From assembly GCA_021513715.1 (NCBI GenBank), contig CP084167.1, positions 640,001 to 704,000 on the forward strand: a stretch of DNA of 64,000 nucleotides, written 5' to 3'. Source of the stretch: Candidatus Heimdallarchaeum endolithica (GTDB lineage Archaea > Asgardarchaeota > Heimdallarchaeia > Heimdallarchaeales > Heimdallarchaeaceae). The position numbers were made by a program, and so were the translations under genes. Under the pieces are notes generated by a model, which saw only the letters and a program-made list of their open reading frames with translations, made no database searches and was not told the origin of the DNA. How positions within the stretch are numbered: position 1 is the first letter of the stretch; each line of letters opens with the position of its first letter. Positions 11,496 through 22,012 of the stretch are shown one piece after another.

Positions 11496-11708
11496 AAAAC
11501 ATCACGATTATAGAAATATTAGACTTCAATACTAGAGAATAAATACACACAATACTCTTTTTGGCAAAAGTGGAATATAAAGCTAATTATTCAAAAAAAA
11601 AATAAATCACAACCATTAATAATTAAATCATACAATTCCATTTTTCTTTATTTACCATTTAAATTGGCTTTCCTTTTAAATTAATCAATTTTATAAAAAA
11701 AAAAGAAT

Positions 11709-13148
11709 TTAGAAAGTTTTTCTTTTTCTTAAGTAAAATAGACCAAAACCGAGAATGCTTAAGCTAAATGCTATGCTAATAAAATTCATTGATAACAAGG
11801 AAGGATGAGATTCTGCATCTAAAGGATCTGTTCCTTTTTCTACTTCTTCTCCATCTGTATATTCGTCATCATCCGTATCTGCATCTTGTGGATCAGTGCT
11901 ATAGTTATATTCTTCTAAATTAGTTAAACCATCGTCATCAGGATCTTCGTCAGCATCATCGGTTAGAGGGTTAAGATTATTATTAACTTCCCAATCATCT
12001 GGCATTCCATCATCATCTGTATCTGCATCATGTGGATCAGTGTTACTGTTATATTCTTCTAAATTAGTTAAACCATCGTCATCAGGATCTTCAGAAGAAT
12101 CATCTGTAAGTGGATCTAAATTGTTATTAATCTCCCAACCATCTGACATTCCATCATCATCAGTATCTGCATCATGTGGATCAGTATTATAGTTATATAT
12201 TTCAGAGGGATCGTCCAATCCATCTTCGTCTGTATCCAAAGTAAGAGGGTATTTATCTACACTTCCGCTTAGCCCATCTATTCTATATTCCCCAGAACCG
12301 TCCCAATTTGACCAGTAATTTCCTTCATTTGAAATACTATTGTACCAACTATTATTAATACCTTCATCTACAGCTTGAGAGAAAGACTCTCCTGGGGCAA
12401 CATATTTGCAGTTATTATAGAAGATGTTATGATGGACGATATTGTTATGACATTCTTCTCGGATCTCCATACCATTAACATTATTGTTAACTAAATTATT
12501 AGAAAAGAAAACACTATTATTTGTAAACCAAACTCGGATACCGAATTCACTATTTATTGCAGAGCTGTTGATAACTCTTATATCTCTTGCATATTCTAAT
12601 CTGATAGCTTCATTCTCACAATTAGTTACTGTATTAGATAAGACCTCTGATTGATATGAATAATGAATAAGTATTCCAAAACGTTTATTGTCGTTACATA
12701 TGTTATATTCAACACATACTTGGTCGCAACTATCAACCATTATTCCTGCCTCACTACTTTTTTCACAAGTGTTTTCTATAACTCGAACAGTGTTGGCAGC
12801 AGAACGTAGCACATGAATTCCAATAAAAGAAGAGCGAATATAACAATTTCTAATTATAACGTACTTCGTAGTATATGCAACTACGATTGCATAATATTGG
12901 TCAGTGGTAATATTATAATTTTCAATTATGTAAGGGTCATCAATCGTTCCAGAACCACTAAAATCATATTTATCAAAATCAGCATCGGAATTAATAACTA
13001 TAGGCTCGTGTTCAATTAACGTTTGAACCTGTTCAACAGCAACTATGCCTTCAAAAGTGTTACCATTCGCTATATTTCCGACATTTAAAGTTATTACAAA
13101 AATCGAGATTACTGCAAATGAAACTTTTAATATCCTTTTTAATAACAT
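11709..13148 (-). CDS. Surface protein: parallel beta-helix (NosD/CASH) + Asp-rich Ca-binding (TSP3-like) repeats + C-terminal TM
   Basis: G.GT..DPYII motif, beta-helix repeats, GNYW, DTDDDG.....E repeats with a 144-bp period, TM + RKRK. Confidence 0.85.
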   Translation of the reverse strand: MLLKRILKVSFAVISIFVITLNVGNIANGNTFEGIVAVEQVQTLIEHEPIVINSDADFDKYDFSGSGTIDDPYIIENYNITTDQYYAIVVAYTTKYVIIRNCYIRSSFIGIHVLRSAANTVRVIENTCEKSSEAGIMVDSCDQVCVEYNICNDNKRFGILIHYSYQSEVLSNTVTNCENEAIRLEYARDIRVINSSAINSEFGIRVWFTNNSVFFSNNLVNNNVNGMEIREECHNNIVHHNIFYNNCKYVAPGESFSQAVDEGINNSWYNSISNEGNYWSNWDGSGEYRIDGLSGSVDKYPLTLDTDEDGLDDPSEIYNYNTDPHDADTDDDGMSDGWEINNNLDPLTDDSSEDPDDDGLTNLEEYNSNTDPHDADTDDDGMPDDWEVNNNLNPLTDDADEDPDDDGLTNLEEYNYSTDPQDADTDDDEYTDGEEVEKGTDPLDAESHPSLLSMNFISIAFSLSILGFGLFYLRKRKTF

Positions 13149-13339
13149 GATATCACCATTTAATTGTTAACCTTAATTTTATAATCAACATAATATATAA
13201 AAATTACTGATACCTAATTGTTTCAATTTAAATTTGTATAATTAAAGAAAATTACTTTATAAAATAAAATAATTGAAAGAGAAGAAAAAGGTTGAAGAAT
13301 TGTAAAAAATCTATTTTAAGACAACTATTATTTTTTTCT

Positions 13340-13442
13340 TTCATTTTAGATATATCCGTACTATCAACATAATACTACAATTGTCAAAATGATCTAACCC
13401 AGAAACTAAACTAGTTAAAATACTTTTACATTTTCTTGATGG
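13340..13442 (-). pseudogene. About 100-bp degenerate copy of the Walker-A region of the ABC ATPase gene
   Basis: Aligns to 11281-11384; 23-bp identical core AATGATCTAACCCAGAAACTAAA (11330-11352 = 13388-13410). Confidence 0.8.
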
Positions 13443-13452
13443 TTAAATGTCT

Positions 13453-14429
13453 TTACACTTTATCTGTTTTGTCTTTAGTTTCCCATGATTCAAATTCTTG
13501 GCTTAATCTTTCTAAAGCTTCATCTATCTTTTCACTACTCTTTTGACCAAACATGATGTAATCTCCATCAACTACAATTTCATACTCGTCAGGAAGAATA
13601 TATATCCACTCCAAACAATCAACTTTCTTTGTGAACCCTAGTAATGGAGATAAATTGTCTATCGTTATTTTCTCTGTTCGTTTCATCACTCTTTTCAGTT
13701 TTTGCAACCTTTTTTGCTCCGTCATTTGTTCTTGTTCTCTAAATGCTTTCTTAACTTGTGAATCAGCGTCTCCAATTTTTTGTTCTTGTTCTATTTCAGT
13801 TTCAGGTTCTAAATTTAGTTTCTTAACATGAGAATCAATTTCAACATCCAATTGACCCTTTTCCATGAGTTCTTTTAATGGAGTTAAATCTACTCTCTGC
13901 AATTGATTGTTGGACAGATACAACCATCATAGTTTTGGACATTTTTCCAAAGGAGTCAAATCAACTGTCTGTAGTTGATTATCCCACAAATACAACCATC
14001 GTAGTTCTGGACATTTTTCCAAAGGAGTCAAATCAACTGTCTGTAGTTGATTACCCCCTAAATACAGCCATCGTAGTTTTAGACATTTTTCCAAGGGGGT
14101 CAAATCAACTGTCTGTAATTGATTATCCCCCAAACCCAAGCATCGTAGTTTTAGACATTTTTCCAAAGGGGTCAAATCTACTGTCTGTAGTTGATTATCC
14201 CACAAATACAACTCTGTTAGTTCTGGACATTTTTCCAAGGGGGTTAAATCAACTGTCTGTAATTGATTACCCCCCAAATACAACTCTGTTAGTTCTGGAC
14301 ATTTTTCCAAGGGGGTTAAATCAACTGTCTGTAACTGATTTTCCCATAAAAACAACCATCTTAGATTTGAATCTATTTTTTTTCAAACTTTTCTCCATTA
14401 ACTAATTTTCCTACGATGTATTGCTTCAT
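13453..14429 (-). pseudogene. Leucine-rich-repeat protein with C-terminal winged-helix-like domain, interrupted
   Basis: ATG at 14429 (MKQYIVGKLVNGEKFEKK); an A8 tract (14376-14383) one base short of in-frame; 22-aa LRRs; in-frame TGA at 13927-13929 where sibling repeats have CGA; continues into 13453-13923. Confidence 0.8.
13875..14362 (-). repeat. 66-bp coding tandem repeat (about 7 LRR units)
   Basis: NQLQTVDLTPLEKC unit repeated with near-identical DNA. Confidence 0.9.
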
Positions 14430-14748
14430 TCTTCCCTTTAAGAAATAAATTCGACTTTTTTAAATTTTATTCAGTTTGTATATAGTAAGTGAATTAAGGG
14501 GGAAATAATGAATCATGAAAAGAGCTGTTAGACACAAAGTTTTTTAGTAGAATCATTGATCAATATGAATGGGTTAGAAGATCCTGTAATAGATGCTTTC
14601 AACGATGCAGTAATTTATTTTAGAGCTCATATAACTAATGGAGATAATTATTACTCAACTGATCAGAATCTGCAATTGTGGAACCTCTATTGAAGCAATT
14701 TTCGATTACTAAGTATGGTCTCACCACCATAAGGAAGAGAAAAAAAGT

Positions 14749-16182
14749 ATGAAACTAAATAAAAAAGTGTTGACTATAATATTATGCACAATCATCTTAC
14801 TGTTTGTAGGTACTTCAAATACAACTAGAGCAGTTCATCAAGAAAAAAACAGATTCGCACATACATTACACACCAATATTAGTTTAATCACTCCAATTAA
14901 TATCACCTCTGATGAAGATTTCACTAAATATGCATATGATGGTTCAGGAACAGAAGAGGATCCATATATAATTGAGGGATATGAAATAACAGGACAGGAT
15001 GTTACAGGGATCTACATAGCGAATACTACGAAATATTTCATCATACGTGACTGTGTTATTGAAGGTACTAGTCAAGGAATTCATATTGTAAATGTATCGG
15101 ATGAGACAGCATTAATCACAAATAATATTTGTATAAATATAATAAACCAAGGTATAATCGTTGAAAACACTAATTATGCGATATTACGTAACAATACTTG
15201 TAGTGAAACTAATATGTATGGCATCCATATCCGATTCACAGATTACCTTATATTGGAACAGAATACTTGTAATAAAAACGGAATGTGCGGAATTTTTGTA
15301 GATTACTCAACTTCGACTGTGATTAGGAAGAATATTGTTATTGATAATATGCTCTCTGGTATTATTGTACAAGATACAGTAAAAACACTCATCTCCGAGA
15401 ATTATTGTTTTGATAACGATGGTATGGGTGGAATAGTGCTGACTAGTTCCCTAAATGCGACAATTATAAACAATTTTTGTGTTGACGACTTTCAAGTTCA
15501 AGATGGTATTAATCTTTACAATTCCAATGGTTTTATTATAAAAAACAATACCATCTCCTATGGCGGGTATGGACTATTTGTGTCTGAATCTTCACACGGG
15601 GTATATACTAATAATACTTGTATAGAAAATAGTAAATATGGTGTTTATATAAAAAATGGATACAACATTTCTATCAATGAAAACAACTGCAGCGCTAATG
15701 ATCAAGGTATAAATCTTTACAACTCTTCAACAATTTATATCTACAATAATAGTATAAGTAAAAACACTATTGGACTAACTTTTGATCTCTCGAATCATTC
15801 AATCATCACTTTTAATTCATTTGAGGAGAATGAACAATATGCAATAATTATGGATTCTTCATCTTCTTCTAATCTCATTCATCATAATACGTTTATTGAC
15901 AACAACTTGCAAGGAACATCTCAAGCTTGTGACAATGGCCATAATAATACTTGGTATGACCAATCGACAAAAACTGGTAATTATTGGTCTGATAAAAAAG
16001 GGATAGGAAAATATCACATAGATGGTAGTAGTAAATCGTATGATAAATTTCCCCTAAAAAAACAACCTCAACAATTTGCTGAAAAAACTTCTATTGATTT
16101 TTTCATCATTCTTATTTCTTTTCTCTCTACAGCTATTTTGTCTTATGGCATAAGAAACAAGTATGCATTCAGACAATTATGA
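14749..16182 (+). CDS. Surface parallel beta-helix (NosD/CASH) protein with C-terminal anchor
   Basis: Signal peptide, GSGTEEDPYII, N..GI.. repeats, GNYW, KTS + TM tail. Confidence 0.85.
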   Translation: MKLNKKVLTIILCTIILLFVGTSNTTRAVHQEKNRFAHTLHTNISLITPINITSDEDFTKYAYDGSGTEEDPYIIEGYEITGQDVTGIYIANTTKYFIIRDCVIEGTSQGIHIVNVSDETALITNNICINIINQGIIVENTNYAILRNNTCSETNMYGIHIRFTDYLILEQNTCNKNGMCGIFVDYSTSTVIRKNIVIDNMLSGIIVQDTVKTLISENYCFDNDGMGGIVLTSSLNATIINNFCVDDFQVQDGINLYNSNGFIIKNNTISYGGYGLFVSESSHGVYTNNTCIENSKYGVYIKNGYNISINENNCSANDQGINLYNSSTIYIYNNSISKNTIGLTFDLSNHSIITFNSFEENEQYAIIMDSSSSSNLIHHNTFIDNNLQGTSQACDNGHNNTWYDQSTKTGNYWSDKKGIGKYHIDGSSKSYDKFPLKKQPQQFAEKTSIDFFIILISFLSTAILSYGIRNKYAFRQL

Positions 16183-16604
16183 TTTAGATAGGTTTTAACT
16201 ATGCTTCAAGGTCACCTACCAATAAAGAGGTTGTAACAAGAAGATACCTCAAAAATTAGAAAAAAGCAAGATTTTAACCTTTTGGTTTAATCGTACACAA
16301 GAGGGGATGAAAAAGCATTTAGGAAAAAAACAAGTTTTCCTTTATTATTATTTGGTATTAAATATAAATTAAAAGTAACTTGTATTTTCTTTTACTGTTA
16401 AATTTACTAATTTTAATAGGTTCTAATTTTTATTTTGATAATTTCAATTTATTGTTTTAATTTTCTGATTTATTACTCTATGAATTCTCTTAACTTGTAA
16501 GGATGTATTTTCTGAAAGTGTATATACCAGACAAAAAAACCCACATTAATAATATTAATTTTTGGACACGCTTAAAAAATTAATAATGAAAATAACAAAA
16601 GAAA

Positions 16605-19600
16605 TTAATTTTGTTTTCTTCTATAATAAGAAGTTAAACGGATGAAAACAGGGATCATCAAAACAGACAAGAAGACAACAAAGCTAGAGAAATCCAATGA
16701 AAAGAGAGCAGAACTACTAGAGTTCGACGTCAAGTTTTCTGTTGTGTCTGTTGTAGGATAATTGCTAGAATCAGTAGGGTCTGTACCTTTATTTACTTCG
16801 TCACCATCTGAATATCCATCACCATCAGTGTCAGAAACCAAAGGGTCAGTATTATTCTGATACTCTTCTAAGTTGGTTAAACCGTCACTATCTGGGTCTT
16901 CTGCAGAGTCATCGACAAGAGGGTCTAAACTGAATTCTATTTCCCAACCGTCAGGCATACCATCACTATCAGAATCAGAATTTGTCGGGTCGGTACCGTA
17001 AGTATTCACTTCGTCACCATCAGTTAAACCATCACTATCAGTGTCAGAAACCAAAGGATCAGTACCGTAAGTGTTGACTTCGTCACCATCAGTTAAACAA
17101 TCACTATCAGTGTCAGAAACCAAAGGATCAGTACCGTAAGTGTTGACTTCGTCACCATCAGTTAAACAATCACTATCAGTGTCAGAAACCAAAGGATCAG
17201 TACCGTAAGTATTCACTTCGTCACCATCAGTTAAACAATCACTATCAGTGTCAGAAACCAAAGGATCAGTACCGTAAGTATTCACTTCGTCACCATCAGT
17301 TAAACAATCACTGTCAGTGTCAGAGTTATTAGGGTCTGTACCAGCTTGATACTCTTCTAAATTAGTTAAACCATCAATATCAGGGTCTAAAGAAGAATCA
17401 TCAGTTAAGGGGTCCAGACTGTTATCTACTTCCCAACCATCAAGCATACCATCACCATCAGAATCAGAAACCAAAGGATCAGTACCGCAAGTGTTGACTT
17501 CGTCACCATCTGTTAAACCATCACTATCAGTGTCAGAAACCAAAGGATCAGTACCGTAAGTGTTGACTTCGTCACCATCTGTTAAACCATCACTATCAGT
17601 GTCTTGAGTGTATTGTTGAGATTCAGGATTACTAGTTGAATCAAGCGGATCTGTATTAGATACTACTTCTTCAAAATCATTATATCCATCACCATCAGAA
17701 TCAGATATATACGGATCAGTATCATAGATTAATATTTCATTTGCATCTGTCAAACCATCACTATCAGAATCTAGAGGTAAAATTGAATATTCAATTGATA
17801 TAGTAATATTTTGAATATCACCATTATCAATAGTCCCTTTATAAGTATCAGTGATATTATCATAATCTAACACTAATTTTTCATTATAGAAACTGTCTAC
17901 AACACAATTCACTATAACGCTATCAATTTGGTAAAAATCATACAAAAGCAATACTTTTACGGAAAAATATGATGGAAAACCCAATGACTTACTAAAAGCG
18001 TAATAAATATAATCTTTGTAATAGGTTGTAGGTATTGTTAAGGGAAAATTATCATTTATATTATCTGAAACAGAATAACTAGAGTCATTTATCAAATCTC
18101 CATTACTGTCAATAACAGTTGTTTCATTCCAATAATTACCATATATTCCATTATCAAAATAACTATTAGAAGAATAAAATGTGAATTTAGTATTATAAAA
18201 ATTGTTTAGAAGAAAAGTCGCGTTAGGATAATTTACTACTATATTAGAGTTAATAAAATTACAACCAAGTATAAGTGCATGTTCAAGAGAAGATGGAAAG
18301 TTCAAATTGTCATCTGAAAAAGAAGAATTCGAGATTCTTAATTGTTTTAGTTTTGAAAAACCATAACCAAAAGGTACTCCCCTAAAAGTATACCCATTCT
18401 TCATAAAAGAACAATTTTCTATAAATAAATTATTCCCCCATGCTATAATTCCCCAACTGTTTCCACTTATTATAGACGAAGTTATTTTCAATTTCGATGT
18501 TTCAGAAACAGAAACTCCAACATCGCCATCTTTGATAATACTGTCAGTCAAAGTAATATTATTACTTTGATATACAGAGATCGGGCATGTAAAATCTTTA
18601 AGTATTACATTTTCGCTATTAATTAGTACTAATTCTCCTTCAATAGTTGTTGATTCTATAAGAACATCTTTTTGTGATAAAACAAATCTTATATCTTTTC
18701 CATTTACTTTATTGTTAATGGAATTAAAGTTAGTAAAATCTCCACCAAAGACTCGAATGGTCTCATTAAACAGTTCATTTTCGTGCAGATATAAATTCGA
18801 ACCCCCATAAATCTCAAAACCACAAGAGTTTCTATATAATTTATTTCCAAAAATACTAATATTATTTCCATCCCAAATTTCAATACTCCACCTACCATCA
18901 TAGATATAATTGTAAGACACTTGTGAATCTTGAAGATTACCAAAGAGAGAAATTGCATCACCAAAATTGTTAAAAGTATTAGAAGATATAACACAATTTG
19001 TTCCACTTCCTAGTTTAAGTCCAGAATATGAATAACTATAAGCTGTAAAAACATTATTTGTTATAAATAATCTATCAACACTGCAATCTACACGAATAGC
19101 AGCATAATATTCGTTATTATTACCATCACTAATGAAACTATTATTTGTAATAGTAATTCCACTTAATACTTCACTTGAATAAAGACGAATTGCTATGAAA
19201 TAATTAGTAAAAGTAGTATTTCTTATTAAAGCTGAATCTGTTTGGATTACTAGTCCATGCGTAAGCTTAGTGAAGTCAGATGTTCTATAGCCCAAATCAC
19301 TTAAGTAACTATTTTCGATTCTAATTTCTGAGCCTTTTTCAGCGATAATAACATATTTAAGTGTTGGATCAATTGATTTGATTGTGGAATTATTAATATA
19401 CAAATGACCACCTGATTCAACGTGAATACTATATTGTCCATTATCTGTCAAGTTAAAAGAAAGAATAGAATTGTAAATATAACATTCTTCTCCATCTTGA
19501 ATAACAATATCATTATCAAGAAGTATAGACGTATTAACATAGTCAGTTAATTGATAGGAAGGAAATGTATCATCATTAATGAATCCTAAAACATCTTGAT

Positions 19601-19700
19601 TTGAGGAAATCCTTTTATTTGGATTACTTGTTCTGATAATTAATACAACCAACATTAGAAGTAATATTGATCTAACAAGATTCTTATTAAATCTAATCAA
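16605..19700 (-). CDS. Large surface protein: beta-helix domains + Asp-rich Ca-binding repeats + TM anchor
   Basis: Signal peptide, beta-helix, GNYW, DTDSDGLTDGDEVNTYGTDPLVS repeats, TM + RRKQN. Confidence 0.85.
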   Translation of the reverse strand: MIRFNKNLVRSILLLMLVVLIIRTSNPNKRISSNQDVLGFINDDTFPSYQLTDYVNTSILLDNDIVIQDGEECYIYNSILSFNLTDNGQYSIHVESGGHLYINNSTIKSIDPTLKYVIIAEKGSEIRIENSYLSDLGYRTSDFTKLTHGLVIQTDSALIRNTTFTNYFIAIRLYSSEVLSGITITNNSFISDGNNNEYYAAIRVDCSVDRLFITNNVFTAYSYSYSGLKLGSGTNCVISSNTFNNFGDAISLFGNLQDSQVSYNYIYDGRWSIEIWDGNNISIFGNKLYRNSCGFEIYGGSNLYLHENELFNETIRVFGGDFTNFNSINNKVNGKDIRFVLSQKDVLIESTTIEGELVLINSENVILKDFTCPISVYQSNNITLTDSIIKDGDVGVSVSETSKLKITSSIISGNSWGIIAWGNNLFIENCSFMKNGYTFRGVPFGYGFSKLKQLRISNSSFSDDNLNFPSSLEHALILGCNFINSNIVVNYPNATFLLNNFYNTKFTFYSSNSYFDNGIYGNYWNETTVIDSNGDLINDSSYSVSDNINDNFPLTIPTTYYKDYIYYAFSKSLGFPSYFSVKVLLLYDFYQIDSVIVNCVVDSFYNEKLVLDYDNITDTYKGTIDNGDIQNITISIEYSILPLDSDSDGLTDANEILIYDTDPYISDSDGDGYNDFEEVVSNTDPLDSTSNPESQQYTQDTDSDGLTDGDEVNTYGTDPLVSDTDSDGLTDGDEVNTCGTDPLVSDSDGDGMLDGWEVDNSLDPLTDDSSLDPDIDGLTNLEEYQAGTDPNNSDTDSDCLTDGDEVNTYGTDPLVSDTDSDCLTDGDEVNTYGTDPLVSDTDSDCLTDGDEVNTYGTDPLVSDTDSDCLTDGDEVNTYGTDPLVSDTDSDGLTDGDEVNTYGTDPTNSDSDSDGMPDGWEIEFSLDPLVDDSAEDPDSDGLTNLEEYQNNTDPLVSDTDGDGYSDGDEVNKGTDPTDSSNYPTTDTTENLTSNSSSSALFSLDFSSFVVFLSVLMIPVFIRLTSYYRRKQN
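16960..17605 (-). repeat. 69-bp coding tandem repeats (23 aa)
   Basis: GTGTCAGAAACCAAAGGATCAGTACCG recurs at 17041, 17110, 17179, 17248 and 17530. Confidence 0.9.
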
Positions 19701-20076
19701 ATAAACACCAAATTTTTAACTAATTTTTTTCTTTAAAAAGATTATCTAAGTATCACTAGCAATCATAAAAACATGACTTTTATAAAACTTATTTTTATAA
19801 GTAATAATGTTTTGCTAATTATATACAGATTTAGTTTTGAAATTTATTTGTTTGACAATGATATAGTAATTCAGCAAAAGTAACTTTCACCGCTATATAA
19901 TAAACTTAATTCCCGATATTTTATTGGTGCTAAAGACTATAGTTACCAAATAAAGAAAAACATATGTTTTTACTTTTGTTCAACAAATAATTTTATATTG
20001 GGTTATAACCCATAATCCTCTAGAAGTCTAAAACGAGAAAAAAGAGGCGATAAAAATAGGATATGGTTCAGGAAGA

Positions 20077-20478
20077 ATGCGTGGTGGAGGGAGAGGAAGG
20101 GGAGGAGGATTTGGATTAGGAGCAGGAGGAGCCTGTATTTGTCCAGTGTGTGGTACAAAAGCTGCTCATGCAAGAGGGGTACCTTGTTTTCAATCTCGAT
20201 GCCCACAATGTGGAGCACCAATGACTAGAGCAGAAGCTTATGCCGGTCCCCAACCACAGTATAGTAAAAACGTACAAGAAGAGAAAGAATACAAATTTAC
20301 TACAGCAGCAAAACCACATATAGATCAATCTAGATGTAAGGGGTGTGCTTTATGCATAAATAGTTGTCCTTTTAATGTTATTAGAATGGAAAATGGTCAT
20401 GCAATTATTGATTCTTCACGCTGCAGAAGTTGCGGAGTATGTATTTCTTCTTGTCCTGAAGGAGCAATAGTTTATTAG
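20077..20478 (+). CDS. Ferredoxin: Gly-rich/Cys-rich N-terminal domain + 2x[4Fe-4S]
   Basis: CICPVCG...PC...CPQCG, then two CxxCxxCxxxCP motifs. Confidence 0.85.
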   Translation: MRGGGRGRGGGFGLGAGGACICPVCGTKAAHARGVPCFQSRCPQCGAPMTRAEAYAGPQPQYSKNVQEEKEYKFTTAAKPHIDQSRCKGCALCINSCPFNVIRMENGHAIIDSSRCRSCGVCISSCPEGAIVY

Positions 20479-20520
20479 AAAATGTAGAAAAAAATTAAAA
20501 ATAGTTGAAAAAAATTCTTT

Positions 20521-20898
20521 TTATATTTTTAGTGGTTCAATGATTATACTATCTTTATCAAAAGTTGCCAAGTAAAAGTCTTCTGTTAAAATGAGACAAC
20601 CAGTTGGACAAATATCTTGACATAATGCACAGAAGCAGCACTTTCCTAAATCTATTTGTGGATAAGTTTTTGGGTATTTTTCTTTATATTCTTTTTTTAC
20701 TTCTACCATCTTTATTGCTTTATTTAAGCATATTTTGGCACATGATCCACAAGAGATGCAGTTATCGATGTCAAACTTATGTTTTGCTCTCTCTCTTTCT
20801 GGTATCTCTACTTTCTCCATTGGAAAAAGAACAGTCATTGGTCTTTTGAACAGATTCTTGAATATTTCTGAAATAACACTTAGTTTCATTGTTATCAC
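20521..20898 (-). CDS. NuoI/MbsN-like 2x[4Fe-4S] subunit
   Basis: CISCGSCAKIC and CCFCALCQDICP. Confidence 0.9.
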   Translation of the reverse strand: MITMKLSVISEIFKNLFKRPMTVLFPMEKVEIPERERAKHKFDIDNCISCGSCAKICLNKAIKMVEVKKEYKEKYPKTYPQIDLGKCCFCALCQDICPTGCLILTEDFYLATFDKDSIIIEPLKI

Positions 20899-20899
20899 C

Positions 20900-22012
20900 T
20901 CATCTATCTACATCAGCAGGACATTGGTTTAAACTCCAATAAATAGCAGGGACGTCAGCATAATAAGAATCAGTAAGTAAATGCTTTAAAATAGGTATCA
21001 TATGAGTAAAAGAAGGACCTCTGATCTTAACTCTATAAGGAGTCTTTTTTCCTGTAGCAATCATATAAATAGCGCCTTCTCCTCTTGATAGTTCATTACG
21101 TGTATAGGTTTCTCCTTTAGCTTTGCGGAAGTGAACAATAGGTTTCATATTAGGCGTTTTTACTTCCCCTTTTGGCATTCTGTCAATTGCTTGCTTAACT
21201 ATCTTCTTGCTTTCTTCTATTTCTTGCATAGCTATCAAATATCTTGAATAAGCATCTCCTTCATCAAGAACTGGAATTTCAAACTCCAATTCATCATAAA
21301 TTTCATAAGGATCATCTCTTCTAACATCTGAAGCAACCCCGCTAGCCCTTAAAATAGGTCCTGTTGCACCTAGTTTAATAGCTTCTTCTTTCGTTAACAC
21401 TCCTACTTCTTTGAATCTTTCCAACCATGCAGGATTTTCTTTTTTTGCGAATTTATGCATATAGTCAATCTTTTCAAATAAAGTAAGAATCTTTTTTTCT
21501 GCTTTCTCTGGTAAATCTTTTCTTACTCCTCCAGGGCAGATATATCCAGCTGGATAAAGTCTTCCTCCAGTAATATAATCGAACACATCTAGCATATAGT
21601 CTCTGTATCCCATTGCAACATTAAATCCAGTAGTAAATCCTGTTCCCATTGACATCACAGCGTACCATATAAAGTGCGATTGTATTCTTGACAGTTCTGC
21701 AAGTATAACTCTGATGTATTTAGCTCTTTCTGGGATATCATAACCCATTAAAGTATCAACAGCTTCTGCATGGAGAAGATTCCACTGAAGAGGTTCTAAA
21801 ACACATATTCTATCTGATAATACGGAGTTTTGCATAGGTTCTCTATATTCCATTAACTTTTCAAAACCTCTATGTAAATATCCTGGATCTACTACAGCTT
21901 TCATCACTCTTTCTCCACGAAGTTGAACTCTCACTGAAAAGTTTCCTGAACCAGGGTGAGCTGGTCCAAAGTACATTTCAAAATCTCCTTGTTTTTCTTC
22001 TATTTCAGTCAT
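20900..22012 (-). CDS. NuoD-like large subunit of Mbs/Mbx (sulfane-sulfur reductase) type
   Basis: GPAHP and GYLHRGFEK; DRICVLE and NQCPADVDR each keep one Cys, so there are no NiFe CxxC pairs. Confidence 0.8.
   Translation of the reverse strand: MTEIEEKQGDFEMYFGPAHPGSGNFSVRVQLRGERVMKAVVDPGYLHRGFEKLMEYREPMQNSVLSDRICVLEPLQWNLLHAEAVDTLMGYDIPERAKYIRVILAELSRIQSHFIWYAVMSMGTGFTTGFNVAMGYRDYMLDVFDYITGGRLYPAGYICPGGVRKDLPEKAEKKILTLFEKIDYMHKFAKKENPAWLERFKEVGVLTKEEAIKLGATGPILRASGVASDVRRDDPYEIYDELEFEIPVLDEGDAYSRYLIAMQEIEESKKIVKQAIDRMPKGEVKTPNMKPIVHFRKAKGETYTRNELSRGEGAIYMIATGKKTPYRVKIRGPSFTHMIPILKHLLTDSYYADVPAIYWSLNQCPADVDR

Noticed and set aside
13927-13929. TGA as selenocysteine or a recoded stop
   Set aside because: Sibling repeats have CGA (Arg) here, and TGA ends normal genes elsewhere in the window.
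13875-14362. Diversity-generating retroelement acting on the LRRs
   Set aside because: No reverse transcriptase or template repeat in the window, and the differences are not adenine-specific.
13878-14405. Plus-strand 175-aa repetitive ORF
   Set aside because: Antisense shadow of the 66-bp LRR repeats.
14508-14693. Roughly 50-codon open stretch upstream of the 14749 gene
   Set aside because: No recognisable motif or clear start; possibly a gene scar.
20900-22012. [NiFe] hydrogenase large subunit
   Set aside because: Both CxxC metal-binding pairs are incomplete.
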